From the NCBI GenBank assembly GCA_031409335.1, contig JANNWY010000193.1, positions 46,408 to 110,407 on the forward strand: a stretch of 64,000 nt of DNA, written 5' to 3'. Under the pieces are notes generated by a model that saw nothing but the letters and a program-made list of their open reading frames with translations, was not told the origin of the DNA and searched no databases. The position numbers were made by a program, and so were the translations under genes. Shown in pieces: positions 37,361-48,408 of the stretch (position 1 is its first letter; the number at the start of each line of letters is the position of its first letter). The stretch is from Chthoniobacteraceae bacterium. GTDB taxonomy: Bacteria > Verrucomicrobiota > Verrucomicrobiia > Chthoniobacterales > Chthoniobacteraceae.

Positions 37361-40300
37361 ATGAAACCCACGCACAACATCCGCAAAATTCTGACCACAA
37401 GCATTGCTGCCGCGCTGGCCACGTTCAGCGTTCCGCATGAGGCTGATGCGGCTACCAGCACATGGGGTGTGAATAACGCCGGCAATTGGAGCACCACCAC
37501 TAACTGGGCGGGCGGCATCGTTGCCGACGGTGCCACATTCACGGCGAACTTCACTTTCGACATCAATGCCGACCGCATCGTGACGCTCGATACGGCTCGC
37601 ACCATCGGCAATCTGTTGTTCACCGACGCGAGCAACAACTACACGATCGCCGGGGCCAACGTCCTGACGCTGTCCACGGGCGGCAATTCCTCGATCTCGA
37701 TGACGAATGCCGGGCGGACGGCGCTGGTGAACGTCCCGCTCTCGGGCACGAACGGCATCATCCTGCCCACGACGAGTCTCGGCATTGTTTCACTTGGCTC
37801 CAATGCCAGTGATTTCACCGGACCTTTGACCATTTCCAACGGCGCGACGCTGCAACTCGGCGCGGGCGCGGCGACGCTGGGTGCGGCGGGCGATGCGTCG
37901 GCATCGACGACTTCGCTGGGCGCGGGCCTTGCGGGCAACGAAACCATCGTGCAGGCGGGCGGCGCGCTGAATATCAACGCGCAAAACACCGGCAATCTCG
38001 AAATCATCCGCATTGCCGGTTTCGGCAACGCGACCATCGCGGGTGCGGCGCTCGTGAACAACGGTGGCGGCCAGCTCAACGCGTTAAGCACGGTGGTGCT
38101 CACCGCCGACGCGGCCATCGGTGGGAGCGGCCGCTTCGACCTGCGCAACAATGCGCCGTTGCTGGATCTCGCCGGTTTCCGCCTCTCGAAAATAGGCGCG
38201 AATCAGATCAGCGTCGTCGGTGGCACGATTACCGATGGCAACATTGATGTGAGCGTGGGCACCTTTTCCGTTGAGACAACTGCGCTCGTGCAGGGCACGC
38301 GCACGATCACGGTCAATTCGGGCGCCACGCTCGGACTCTGGACGAACACCGCCGGGCAGTTTACCCGCCAGCTCGTGCTCGCCGGTGGCAGCATCAACGA
38401 ACTCGGCAGCGGGTCGGCAACCTCGACCGTCAACAGCAACATCGTGCTCGCCAACACGACCAATGTCGTCGTCAACGCCGCCGCCACGGTCCTCACGCTC
38501 ACGGGCAATATTACCCAAGTCGGCGGCAACCTCGGCCTGAACAAGACGGCAGCCGGCACGCTCGTGCTCGAAGGCGTCCAATCCTGGAGCGGGCCGCTCA
38601 CGATCGCGAACTCGGGCGGGCAGGTGCGGCTTGGTGCCGCTGCGGCGCTTCAGACGCGCAACATTTCCATCGGCGACGCGGGTTCTTTCGATGCCTTGGC
38701 GGCGGGCGGCCATGCGCTCGGAGCGGGCGGCTCGCTAGTGGTGGGCAGCAGTGCCGCTGCGAATGATGTGATCGGCAATTTCAGCGCCGGGACCGGGTCC
38801 ACGATCACGGTCGGTGCGAATTTCGCGTCGCGGATCGCGACGTTTGCAAACGACCTGTCGATCGACAACACCACCTTGAACATGGATCTGGACGCCTCCG
38901 GAGGCGACACGATCAATGTCGGCGGTGCCTTTTCGGCAACCGGGGTCAATGCGATCAATCTTCGTCCGGCGAACAATTCCGGGTTCTTCTCGCCACAGTA
39001 CACGCTGGTCACCGCCACGGGCAGCCTCACCGCGACCCCGGCGAATTTCGCCATCGCGAACGCCGGAAATTTTCGCCAGACTTTCACCATCGACACGACA
39101 TCCGTGGTCGGCTCGGTGCTCCTGAATGTGGCTGGTTCCGCCGCTGCGCTGACGTGGACTGGCGGCGGCGCTGGCAACGCCTGGGACATCAACACCACCA
39201 GCAACTGGAGCAGCCCAGGCCCCGACAAGTTTTACGACACCGATGCCGTCACATTCAACGACCTCGGTTCGAACAGCCCTGCCGTGAACATCAAGTCCAC
39301 GGTGACACCGGGCATTGTCACGGTGAACAATTCCACCCAGGACTACGTTTTCAGTGGAAAAGGCCGCATCACGGGGCCGGCGGAACTCGCCAAGCAGGGA
39401 ACGGCCAGGCTGACAATGACCAACGACAACCACGATTTCAGCGGTGCCGTAAATGTCTCCGACGGCGGCACGATCAGTGGCGGTCTGCTCTCGAACAATG
39501 GCGTCGCGGGATCCTTTGGCACGGGAACGATCAACCTCGATCAGGGCTCCACTCTGGAATATTCGGGCGGCACCTTCACCTCGAACCGGACGATCATTCT
39601 CAACGACAGCTTGGCCACGGGGGCCAATAATTCGGTCCGCGTGGCGGAGCCGCTTGCCGTGCTCAACCTGAGCACTTCGATCAGCGGGGCGAGCGGGCTG
39701 ATTAAGAAGGGTCCCGGCATCCTGACTCTCGGCGCGGCCAATGTAGTGCAGAGTTTCTTCGGCAACATCACGATTGAAGAAGGCGTCCTGCGTCCGGCTA
39801 CGAACGCCACACTGGGCGGGAAAACGATCTTTGTGAACCCCGGCGCGACCTTTGATCCGAATGGGCAGAATGGTGCGAGCACGGGCGGACGGCCGACCCT
39901 GAACATCGCGGGCACGGGCATGCCCGGCGCGGCGGCGATCTGGAATGGCGGTGCCGCGCAAACCAACACGCCGCTCTATGGCACGGTCAACCTCACCGCC
40001 AACGCCACGATCGGGAGTCCCGTCCGCTATGACCTCAACGGACCCGTCGCAACCGGCGGCATGAACTTCAATGCCGGCACTTTCGACCTTACTTTGGTGG
40101 GCACGGGTGAAAAGTGGTGGGCACCCAATGGCGGCGCGGTCCTGAACAGTGTCGTGGTCCGACATGGTCGCTTTGGCGTGCAACTGTCGGACAACATGGC
40201 GTCCGATCCCAGCATCACGAACAGCGTGATCCGCGTGCTACCGGTCGGTGAATTGGCGACGTTTGGTGATGCGATCACGAACACGAAAGCCGTCCTCTTG

Positions 40301-43300
40301 AGTGGCGGCACGCTCGCCTCGACCGGTGGTGGGGCGGCGAACGGCCAATTCTGGCGCGGTGGCGTCACCCTGTCTGAGCACAGCTTTTTCGACAACCGCG
40401 GCACGACGGCGGCGAACCAAATTACCATCGACAATCTCGATGTCTCCGTGGCCCCGCTCGTCCTCGGTGGAAAGACCTTGGAAAAGCTCGGTTCCTCCGG
40501 TCTCCTCATCCTCGCCAATAACTTTAACTCGGCGACCGGCACCGGCGCGGGATCGCTCCGCATTTACAATGGCAATGTCACGCTCCAGAGCGGCTTCATC
40601 ATGGACGGCGCGGGCCAGGTGCGCATCCAGAATTTCGGCCAGCTCAATCTGAACAACAACGGCACCGCGCCCGTGCTCACCAAGGAGGTGAGACTCGATG
40701 GCGGCACGCTGAACAACGCGGTGGGCAACAACAGCGCCGGAACAATCGTCGTCGGCGCGCATGGCCGCGTCTTCAACAGTGCGGCGGGCACCACGCTTTC
40801 GCTCGGCAGCATCGCTGCGCCGACCGCGAGTGGAGTGCAATTTGGGACGACCGGCACCATCACCGTGCCGACCATCACGGTGAACGGCTCTCCCATCGTG
40901 GTCGGCGCGGGCAATCGCCTCGGCGTCAACTGGACCGCCGGTGCCACGCCCGCCACGACTGGCTTTGCCACGTGGAATGGCAGCGCCGTCGGCGTCCTCG
41001 CCACGACCGCGACAAATCCGACCGCACCCACGGTGGCGGACGATTCCTTCTACGACGCCGTTGCCGGCACCACGCTGGCTGGAAGCGCCACCACCAACAC
41101 ACTCATCACTTCGCGCGATCTCATCATCCCCAGCGGTGCCCTGCTTACCGTCGCCAGCGGCGGCATCGTCATGCGCGGCAACGACCATTCCATCAATACT
41201 CCCTCCCTCGGCACGGGCCGGCTCACGACTGGCGCGGCGGATGGCCGGCTCGTCATCAACGCCCCCGAGGCGATCGACGCCCGCGGCGCGCTGCACATCC
41301 GCGCGCAGATGGTGGATACGCCAGTGGGCGCGGGATTCCGGCTGATGACCGTGCAAAAGAACGGCCCTGGCGGTGCCACGCAATGGGGCACGGACAACGG
41401 CGGCAACATGCTGAACAACCTCTATTCCGGCGGCACGATCATCAATTCCGGACGCGTCGTCCCGAACGGAACGCTCGCGCTCGGCACCGGCAGCGTGACG
41501 ATCAATGACGGCGGCCAGCTCGGCACATTCAACCTGACGGGAGCCGCGTCCCAGGCCAGTTTTATCCATAACAACATCACTCTCACCGGACGCGGCGCGG
41601 GTGAAAACGCGGGCTACTTGGGTGCCATCCGCGTGGGAGCAAACTCGAACCTGTCCGGCAAAATCACCATCTCGGACGTGACCCGGATTCACAACCAAAA
41701 CGGACAGGGTGCCATTGCCGGAATCATTCAGGGCACCGGCACCTTGCAGCACACGGGAAACAACAACACCTGGCTGACCAATCCCGCGAGCACCTTCAGC
41801 GGAATCAATGAATTCGGCTTCCGCGACCAGACGGGGCAGATCCAAATCCTCGTCAGCAAACTGGCGAACGGCGGGCTGCCTTCGAGCATCGGGATGTCGT
41901 CCAGCGCCGCGTCTAACATCGTCTTCAACATCAACCCGATCCTGCGCTACGTCGGCAACGGCGACAGCACCGACCGCCTCTTCACGCTCGCGGGCGGCTT
42001 CAATATCAACGCCAATGTCAACACGACACCCGGCGCGATCATCGACGGCTCTGGCTATGGCGCGATCAACTTCACGAGCACTGGCAACATCGAATTCGGA
42101 CCCGGCAGCTTCCGCCAGCTCACCCTGCGCGCCAGCACGCTCAGCACCGGTGCCACAGTCGTCGGCGGCGTGCTGCCGCTGAACGTCTTCTCGCCAAATC
42201 TCGGCGATCCGGCGGATCACGGCTTCGGGCAGCTCCTGAAGGACGGCATCGGTCGCTGGGCGATCACGGCCAATCACACTTACAGCGGCACGACTGCGGT
42301 GAATGACGGCATCCTCATCCTCGGCAATGGCGGCACCACCGGCATGTTTGGCAATGGGGCAGGGGGTCTCGGACCAAACACAGTCACCATGGCGAACAAT
42401 GCCGCCGTCCATCTCAACCGCACTGACAGCTACACGATTCCGAATACCATCAATTCGAGCAACGCGAACGGGAACACCGAAATCGTGCAACTCACCGGCA
42501 GCACCGTCTCCCTCGCCGGGCCGAACGACAATTCCAGCACCCGCGTCCGGGTGGAAAGTGGTGTGATCGAACTCGCGAAGAAAAGCACAACGGCCGTCCA
42601 CGCCACGGCGCTGCTCGCCACTATCGGCAGCGGCGGCACGCTGCGTCTCGGCGGCTCCGGCGACGATCAGATTTTCGACGGCGCGACGAATGGCATCTGG
42701 ACCACCGTGCAGATGAACGGCGGCGTTTTCGACATGAACGGACGGGATGAAGCGGTCTATCGCGTGGAAGGCAGCGGCACGATCTCCAACAGCGCCGCGG
42801 GCACGGCCAGCACGCTCACCCTCGGCGGCAATCTCGCCCTGCTCGGAGGCGTGGGCAATGGCTCCAGCCGCAACGGCGGCGGAGTCGGCGCCACCATCGC
42901 CGACGGCGCGGGCACGGTCGCGCTCGCGAAGACCGGCACCGGCACGATCGCGATCATCGGCGGCAGCAACACCTATTCGGGCACCACGACCATCAGCAAC
43001 GGCATCCTCAGCATCGGCAACGGCGGCACCACTGGCGCGCTCAGCAGCAGTCCGGTGAGCATCGCCTCGCTCGGCGCGCTCGCGGTGAATCGCTCGAATG
43101 CCTTCACCGTCACCAACGCGCTCAGCGGCGGCGGCGGACTCATCCAGCAGGGCACCGGCACGACGACGGTAAATGCGCCGCTCGGCTACACCGGCCCGAC
43201 CACGGTGAACGCGGGTCTTCTCGATGTGAACCTGACCGCCAGCAACAACGTCCTCCCCGCCGCGGGCCGGCTCGTCTTAAATGGCGGCTCCGCGAGATTC

Positions 43301-46261
43301 ACCGGCGGGCCGGGTGGCACTTCAGCGCAGACCGTCGCGGAATTCCACATCGCGGGCGGCGACGTAACGGTGAACGGCACCGCCGGACTCACGACGCTCA
43401 ACCTGCCCGCCACATTCACACGCTTGGCAGGCGGCAGCGTGAACTTCGCGACCAGCGGAGCGACGGCGATCAATACGTCAGTCGCCAATGTGAACGCCAT
43501 CCTCGGCACGGCCACGGCCGCGTATGCCACCGTCAACGGCACGAATTGGGCGACGGGAAGCGGCACCGTCGTCCCCTTCGCGGCCTACATCGCCGACGCC
43601 TACGCCTCCGGCAATCACACCGATGTGGTGACAGCGCTGGGCGCAGCCGTTCCCGCTGCCAGCAGCACGAGCACCATTCGCTTGAATAATCCCGGCTTTC
43701 CCGCGCTGACGCTTGGCGGGTCGCTGGTTGTCGAGCAGGGCGGCATCCTCATCACCCCGGCGATGGCCGCAGGAAGCGCGATCACGGGCGGCACGCTCAT
43801 CGGCGCAGCCTCTGCGGGCAGCGAAATCGTCGTCCATCAGCACACCACGGGTGGACTCGCGAGCCCAACGCAGATCAGCTCCGTCATCGCGAACAACGGC
43901 GCATTTGCCACCGGCCTCACCAAAGCCGGCCCCGGCATCCTCGCCCTCACCGGAGCGAACACCTACAGCGGCGAAACGCATGTGAACCAGGGCATCCTCG
44001 CCGTCGGCGCGGTTGGCACTACTGGCACGCTCGGCACCGGCGCGGTCTTCAACGATGCCATCCTCGCCTTCGCCCGCACCAATACCATCCTCGTGGACAA
44101 CGTGATCAGCGGAAACGGCCAGGTCGTCCAGTTCGGCGGCGGCACCGTCCAGCTCAATGCCGCGAACTCCTACAGCGGCGGTCTGCTGGTCTCCGCGGGC
44201 ATCGTCCGCTCCGACCGGGGCTTCGCGCCCGCGAACCCAACCACCGGCGTCTTTGGCCTCGGCGGCGGCTCGACGCTGGCGCTGGCGAATGTCGATACCG
44301 CAAGCGGCGCGGGCTCGGGCAACATCGTCCTCGGCGACTCCAACACCGGCGTAGCCAACGTCGCGTTCCTCTCGGATGGCGGCGCGGATTTCGCAAACCC
44401 GATCACCGTCACCAACAACGGCACCGGCACCGCGTCGATCGGCTCGAACTCCGGCCCGGTGGCGAGTGCAAATCCCGCAATGTTTGCCGGCACGGTCACG
44501 CTCAACCGCGCGACCACGTTCCAGTCGAACAACCCGGATCGCACCAGCTACATCGGAGTCATCAGCGGCAATCCCGGCACGGTCACCATCAGCGGCGCCA
44601 CCGCCGGCACGAATACCGGCAACCTGAATCGCACGACTTGGGAGAACACGAACACCTTCACCGGCACCGTCGTCGTCGCCGTGAACTCCACGCTGCAAGT
44701 CGGCACCGGAGCCTTCGCCGCGCCGCTCGATCAAATCCCGGACACCGTGGGCGTCACGCTCAATGCCACTTCGTTCTTCACCCTCAACGGCGACAGCGAG
44801 ACCATCAGCACGCTCAACAGCACCGCGACCAACTCAAGGGTCCAGTCCGCGGCGGGCGGTGGACAGTCGCTCCGCGTGCTCAATGGCGGCACCTACAACG
44901 GAACCTTTGATGGCGGACTGAACGGAGGCATGACCATCGAAGTCGCCGGCAGCACAATGACCTTCGGCGGCACCGCCGACAATGCCACCGGGCGCATCCT
45001 CGTTACCGCCGGCACTGCGGTGCTTGGTAAAGTAAGCGCGATCGGCGTTCACGCGAACGCCGTGGACCTCACCCTCAACACCGGCGGCACCGCGCTCATT
45101 GGCGGCACATACACCGGCGCTTTGCCGAACTACGGCACCGGCGTGGTCCTCCCCGCCAATTTCCGCGACCAAATCTTCGACGGCGCGAACGGCGCGAGTT
45201 CGTCGGTCGTGATGAACGGAGGCACGCTGGATCTGGGTGGTTTCAGTGAAGGCCTCGGTCGTCTCGATGGCTTCAGCGGCACCGTGACCAATAGCGTGGC
45301 GGCCACGACGAGCACGCTCTTCGTCGGCACCGCCAATATCAGCAATCTCTTCACCGCCGGCTTCTACGGAAATGTGCAAAACGGCTTGGGCACCGTCGCC
45401 CTGGGCAAGGTCGGCAACGGCATCGCCATTTTTGCCGGTGACCTCCTCCACACCGGTGGCACGAGCATTTTCGCTGGCGCCCTCCAGGTCGGCAACGGCG
45501 GCACCACTGGCACGATCAGCGGCAATGTCGCGCTCGTGAACGCCAGCACCGCCAGCCTCATCTTTAATCGCGACGGCACCGCGCTCATCCCCGCGAACAT
45601 CAGCGGCGGCGGCCCGGTGATTTCCAACGGGACGGGTCTCGTCAAACTGAGCGGCAGCAACACCTACACCGGCACCACCACGATCAACGACGGCATCCTG
45701 CAAGTCGGCGACGGCGGCACCACTGGCACGCTCGGCACGGGCAACGTCACCGTCCATGGCACGCTCGCCTTCGACCGCAGCGATGCGCTCACCGTCGCGA
45801 ATGCCATCACCGGCCCCGGCACCGTGAATCAGGAAGGCACCGGAATCACCACCCTGAACGGGCCGCTGAATTTCCTCGTGGCTAACGTCAACGACGGCTG
45901 CCTGGTCCTCGACAGCACCCTTGCCAACGCCACGATCAACGACAACAACGGCGTCCTCATCCTCAACGCCAACGCCACCAACTCCACCGTCAACGTCGCC
46001 GACACCGCCTACTTCTCCGTCAGCCAGACTCTCGCCGCCCTGAACATCACTGGCGGCGGCATCGCCACGCTCGGCGCCGGAGCGCATCCCTCCCCGGCGT
46101 TTGTCCCAGAGGAGGGCGGCTTGCTGATCGTGGAGCAGGGCTTCGCGGGCGCACCCGCCGACGGCGGCGTGCAGGCCGTGCCGGAACCCGGCGCGATCAG
46201 TCTGCTAATGCTTGGCGTGCTCGGCCTGCTCGGCCGTCGCCGCCCGCAACGGCAATCCTGA
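37361..46261 (+). CDS. giant PEP-CTERM surface protein with autotransporter-associated beta-strand repeats (about 2,970 aa)
   Basis: Signal peptide; many KxGxGxL...NTYSGxTxV/IxxGxL repeats; C-terminal VPEPGAISLLMLGVLGLLGRRRP. Confidence 0.92.
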   Translation: MKPTHNIRKILTTSIAAALATFSVPHEADAATSTWGVNNAGNWSTTTNWAGGIVADGATFTANFTFDINADRIVTLDTARTIGNLLFTDASNNYTIAGANVLTLSTGGNSSISMTNAGRTALVNVPLSGTNGIILPTTSLGIVSLGSNASDFTGPLTISNGATLQLGAGAATLGAAGDASASTTSLGAGLAGNETIVQAGGALNINAQNTGNLEIIRIAGFGNATIAGAALVNNGGGQLNALSTVVLTADAAIGGSGRFDLRNNAPLLDLAGFRLSKIGANQISVVGGTITDGNIDVSVGTFSVETTALVQGTRTITVNSGATLGLWTNTAGQFTRQLVLAGGSINELGSGSATSTVNSNIVLANTTNVVVNAAATVLTLTGNITQVGGNLGLNKTAAGTLVLEGVQSWSGPLTIANSGGQVRLGAAAALQTRNISIGDAGSFDALAAGGHALGAGGSLVVGSSAAANDVIGNFSAGTGSTITVGANFASRIATFANDLSIDNTTLNMDLDASGGDTINVGGAFSATGVNAINLRPANNSGFFSPQYTLVTATGSLTATPANFAIANAGNFRQTFTIDTTSVVGSVLLNVAGSAAALTWTGGGAGNAWDINTTSNWSSPGPDKFYDTDAVTFNDLGSNSPAVNIKSTVTPGIVTVNNSTQDYVFSGKGRITGPAELAKQGTARLTMTNDNHDFSGAVNVSDGGTISGGLLSNNGVAGSFGTGTINLDQGSTLEYSGGTFTSNRTIILNDSLATGANNSVRVAEPLAVLNLSTSISGASGLIKKGPGILTLGAANVVQSFFGNITIEEGVLRPATNATLGGKTIFVNPGATFDPNGQNGASTGGRPTLNIAGTGMPGAAAIWNGGAAQTNTPLYGTVNLTANATIGSPVRYDLNGPVATGGMNFNAGTFDLTLVGTGEKWWAPNGGAVLNSVVVRHGRFGVQLSDNMASDPSITNSVIRVLPVGELATFGDAITNTKAVLLSGGTLASTGGGAANGQFWRGGVTLSEHSFFDNRGTTAANQITIDNLDVSVAPLVLGGKTLEKLGSSGLLILANNFNSATGTGAGSLRIYNGNVTLQSGFIMDGAGQVRIQNFGQLNLNNNGTAPVLTKEVRLDGGTLNNAVGNNSAGTIVVGAHGRVFNSAAGTTLSLGSIAAPTASGVQFGTTGTITVPTITVNGSPIVVGAGNRLGVNWTAGATPATTGFATWNGSAVGVLATTATNPTAPTVADDSFYDAVAGTTLAGSATTNTLITSRDLIIPSGALLTVASGGIVMRGNDHSINTPSLGTGRLTTGAADGRLVINAPEAIDARGALHIRAQMVDTPVGAGFRLMTVQKNGPGGATQWGTDNGGNMLNNLYSGGTIINSGRVVPNGTLALGTGSVTINDGGQLGTFNLTGAASQASFIHNNITLTGRGAGENAGYLGAIRVGANSNLSGKITISDVTRIHNQNGQGAIAGIIQGTGTLQHTGNNNTWLTNPASTFSGINEFGFRDQTGQIQILVSKLANGGLPSSIGMSSSAASNIVFNINPILRYVGNGDSTDRLFTLAGGFNINANVNTTPGAIIDGSGYGAINFTSTGNIEFGPGSFRQLTLRASTLSTGATVVGGVLPLNVFSPNLGDPADHGFGQLLKDGIGRWAITANHTYSGTTAVNDGILILGNGGTTGMFGNGAGGLGPNTVTMANNAAVHLNRTDSYTIPNTINSSNANGNTEIVQLTGSTVSLAGPNDNSSTRVRVESGVIELAKKSTTAVHATALLATIGSGGTLRLGGSGDDQIFDGATNGIWTTVQMNGGVFDMNGRDEAVYRVEGSGTISNSAAGTASTLTLGGNLALLGGVGNGSSRNGGGVGATIADGAGTVALAKTGTGTIAIIGGSNTYSGTTTISNGILSIGNGGTTGALSSSPVSIASLGALAVNRSNAFTVTNALSGGGGLIQQGTGTTTVNAPLGYTGPTTVNAGLLDVNLTASNNVLPAAGRLVLNGGSARFTGGPGGTSAQTVAEFHIAGGDVTVNGTAGLTTLNLPATFTRLAGGSVNFATSGATAINTSVANVNAILGTATAAYATVNGTNWATGSGTVVPFAAYIADAYASGNHTDVVTALGAAVPAASSTSTIRLNNPGFPALTLGGSLVVEQGGILITPAMAAGSAITGGTLIGAASAGSEIVVHQHTTGGLASPTQISSVIANNGAFATGLTKAGPGILALTGANTYSGETHVNQGILAVGAVGTTGTLGTGAVFNDAILAFARTNTILVDNVISGNGQVVQFGGGTVQLNAANSYSGGLLVSAGIVRSDRGFAPANPTTGVFGLGGGSTLALANVDTASGAGSGNIVLGDSNTGVANVAFLSDGGADFANPITVTNNGTGTASIGSNSGPVASANPAMFAGTVTLNRATTFQSNNPDRTSYIGVISGNPGTVTISGATAGTNTGNLNRTTWENTNTFTGTVVVAVNSTLQVGTGAFAAPLDQIPDTVGVTLNATSFFTLNGDSETISTLNSTATNSRVQSAAGGGQSLRVLNGGTYNGTFDGGLNGGMTIEVAGSTMTFGGTADNATGRILVTAGTAVLGKVSAIGVHANAVDLTLNTGGTALIGGTYTGALPNYGTGVVLPANFRDQIFDGANGASSSVVMNGGTLDLGGFSEGLGRLDGFSGTVTNSVAATTSTLFVGTANISNLFTAGFYGNVQNGLGTVALGKVGNGIAIFAGDLLHTGGTSIFAGALQVGNGGTTGTISGNVALVNASTASLIFNRDGTALIPANISGGGPVISNGTGLVKLSGSNTYTGTTTINDGILQVGDGGTTGTLGTGNVTVHGTLAFDRSDALTVANAITGPGTVNQEGTGITTLNGPLNFLVANVNDGCLVLDSTLANATINDNNGVLILNANATNSTVNVADTAYFSVSQTLAALNITGGGIATLGAGAHPSPAFVPEEGGLLIVEQGFAGAPADGGVQAVPEPGAISLLMLGVLGLLGRRRPQRQS

Positions 46262-46301
46262 TCGAAGCAACGGTCTTTCAACCCCCGAAAAGGAAAGCCG
46301 A

Positions 46302-46412
46302 AGGCTCTGGGACTGCGGTGATTCCTTCACCGCTCTGGAGAAAACGCGCGGCTTTACATTGCAGCGCGACACCTCGCCAAAGCGGTGAAGGAATCACCGC
46401 AGTCCAGAGCCT
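46302..46412. repeat. REP-like inverted repeat, family B
   Basis: GGACTGCGGTGATTCCTTCACCGCT / AGCGGTGAAGGAATCACCGCAGTCC perfect arms. Confidence 0.85.
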
Positions 46413-46575
46413 GCGGCGTCCCTGCCGCGGGCCGTTGGAGATAGCGAGCACGCGCTCGTGCTCCCGAGCTGGGAAATCGGATGAATGAACTTTTCTCAAG
46501 CGGCATGTGGCATGACTTCAGGTCGGCGTGATTTTTTGATTGCGAGTCGCGCTGCTCCCGCCCCGAATAGTCGGC

Positions 46576-47502
46576 ATGTTTGATCCGAGTTTGGGAAAGA
46601 TCGCGGTGATCGGCTCCGGTGCAGTCGGCTGCTACTACGGCGGCCTGCTCGCGCGCGCGGGGCGCGATGTGCATTTCCTGATGCGCGCGGATTTGGCAGC
46701 GGTGAAGGCGAACGGACTCACGATCGAGACGCGCGGGGAGACGGTGAAGATCCCCAACGTAAACGCTTTTGCGACGACGCCGGAAATCGGGCCGTGCGCC
46801 TTGGTGATCGTCGCGCTAAAGGCGACAGCGAATGCGGCGCTTGAAGATTTGCTGCCGCCACTGCTCGGGCCGGAAACGGTGGTGCTCACTTTGCAAAATG
46901 GTTTGGGCAACGAGGAGTTCATTTCCGAACGCTGGGGCGCGGAACGCACGATGGGCGCGCTTTGTTTTGTCTGCCTGAATCGCACCGCGCCCGGCGTGAT
47001 CGAGCACTACGATCATGGCACGTTTTCGGTCGGGGAATACCGGCACCCGGCGACTGCGCGGACGGAGGCCATTGCGTCTGCGTTTCGCGAGGCGGGGATC
47101 GAGGCCACGGCGGTGGAAAATCTCGTGACCGAACGCTGGCGGAAGCTGCTTTGGAACATCCCGTTCAACGGCCTCGCGATCACGGCTGGCGGTGCGACGG
47201 TCGCGGATGTGCTCGCGGATGATGATCTGCGCTTGCTTGCGCGGCGGCTGATGGATGAAGCGCTCGACGCGGCGCGGCGACTGGGCCACGAAATCCCCGA
47301 CGAATTTGCCGACTGGCAAATCGAGCGCAGCTACAGCATGGGCGCTTACAAACCTTCGAGCATGCTGGATTGGCAGGCGCGGCGTCCGGTGGAAGTCGAG
47401 GCGATCTGGGGCGAACCGTGGCGGCAGGGAATCGCGGCTGGCGCGAGCATGGCGCGCCTGGAGACGCTTTACCGATTGCTGAAAAACTTGACGAAATTAT
47501 GA
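46576..47502 (+). CDS. panE: 2-dehydropantoate 2-reductase
   Basis: GSGAVG Rossmann motif, LQNGLG, WRKLLWNIPFN and KPSSMLD...E. Confidence 0.88.
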   Translation: MFDPSLGKIAVIGSGAVGCYYGGLLARAGRDVHFLMRADLAAVKANGLTIETRGETVKIPNVNAFATTPEIGPCALVIVALKATANAALEDLLPPLLGPETVVLTLQNGLGNEEFISERWGAERTMGALCFVCLNRTAPGVIEHYDHGTFSVGEYRHPATARTEAIASAFREAGIEATAVENLVTERWRKLLWNIPFNGLAITAGGATVADVLADDDLRLLARRLMDEALDAARRLGHEIPDEFADWQIERSYSMGAYKPSSMLDWQARRPVEVEAIWGEPWRQGIAAGASMARLETLYRLLKNLTKL

Positions 47503-48296
47503 GCGACGAATTTGCAGAAATTCCAGCGGTGTTGCGGAACTTTCAACCCGAATGCGGCATCGTCCTCGGCTCGGGGCTCGGGCCATTTGTGGACGCGATC
47601 GAGACGGAGGCGAGCGTGCCTTTTCACGAAGTGCCGGGTCTGCCGGAGTCGCGTGTGCCGGGTCACGCCGGGCGCTTCGTGCTCGGGCGCGTGGGTGGAA
47701 AGCGCGTGCTGATTGCGCAGGGGCGCGTGCATTTGTATGAAGGCCGGACCGCGCGCGAGGTCACGGCGTTTGTGCGCTTCATCGCGGCGGTCGGTGCGCG
47801 ACGGCTGATTTTAACGAATGCGGCGGGGACGCTGAATCGCGAGTTCACGCCGGGGACGTGGATGATGCTGAACGATCATCTGAATCTCACGGGCACGACG
47901 CCGCTGCTTGGCGGGCCACACTTTGTCGATATGAGCGAGGTGTATTCGGCAAAGTGGCGCGCGCATTTTGCCGCCGTCGCGGCAGAGCAGGGGATGCCGC
48001 TGCATGTGGGCGTGTATGCGAGTCTGCTCGGCCCGCAGTATGAGACGCCCGCGGAGATCCGCATGCTACGCGCGATCGGCGCGGATGCGGTGGGCATGTC
48101 CACCGTGCTGGAGGCTATTCAGGCGCGCGCGCTCGGGATGGAAGTCGCGGCATTTTCGTGCCTCACAAACTGGGCCGCCGGGATGCAGGCGACGCTGGAT
48201 CACCAGGAAGTCCTCGCGATGGGCCAAAAAGCAGGTGCGACCCTGGCTCACCTTTTCATGCGCGCGCTTCCCGCGCTGGGTCTGGAGCATCGCTAA
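47499..48296 (+). CDS. punA: purine nucleoside phosphorylase (PNP I family)
   Basis: IVLGSGLG, GRVHLYEG, TNAAG, GPQYETPAE and DAVGMST. Confidence 0.92.
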   Translation: MSDEFAEIPAVLRNFQPECGIVLGSGLGPFVDAIETEASVPFHEVPGLPESRVPGHAGRFVLGRVGGKRVLIAQGRVHLYEGRTAREVTAFVRFIAAVGARRLILTNAAGTLNREFTPGTWMMLNDHLNLTGTTPLLGGPHFVDMSEVYSAKWRAHFAAVAAEQGMPLHVGVYASLLGPQYETPAEIRMLRAIGADAVGMSTVLEAIQARALGMEVAAFSCLTNWAAGMQATLDHQEVLAMGQKAGATLAHLFMRALPALGLEHR

Positions 48297-48408
48297 AATC
48301 GCTGGCAAACGGACGCTTCGACCCGCCGCATTGGCTGCGAGGCTTTGCTATTTGAAATTGCTTGAGTTGAGTGGTTGGCGGGCGAGGAGTTTGCGTATGC
48401 TCGATCCC

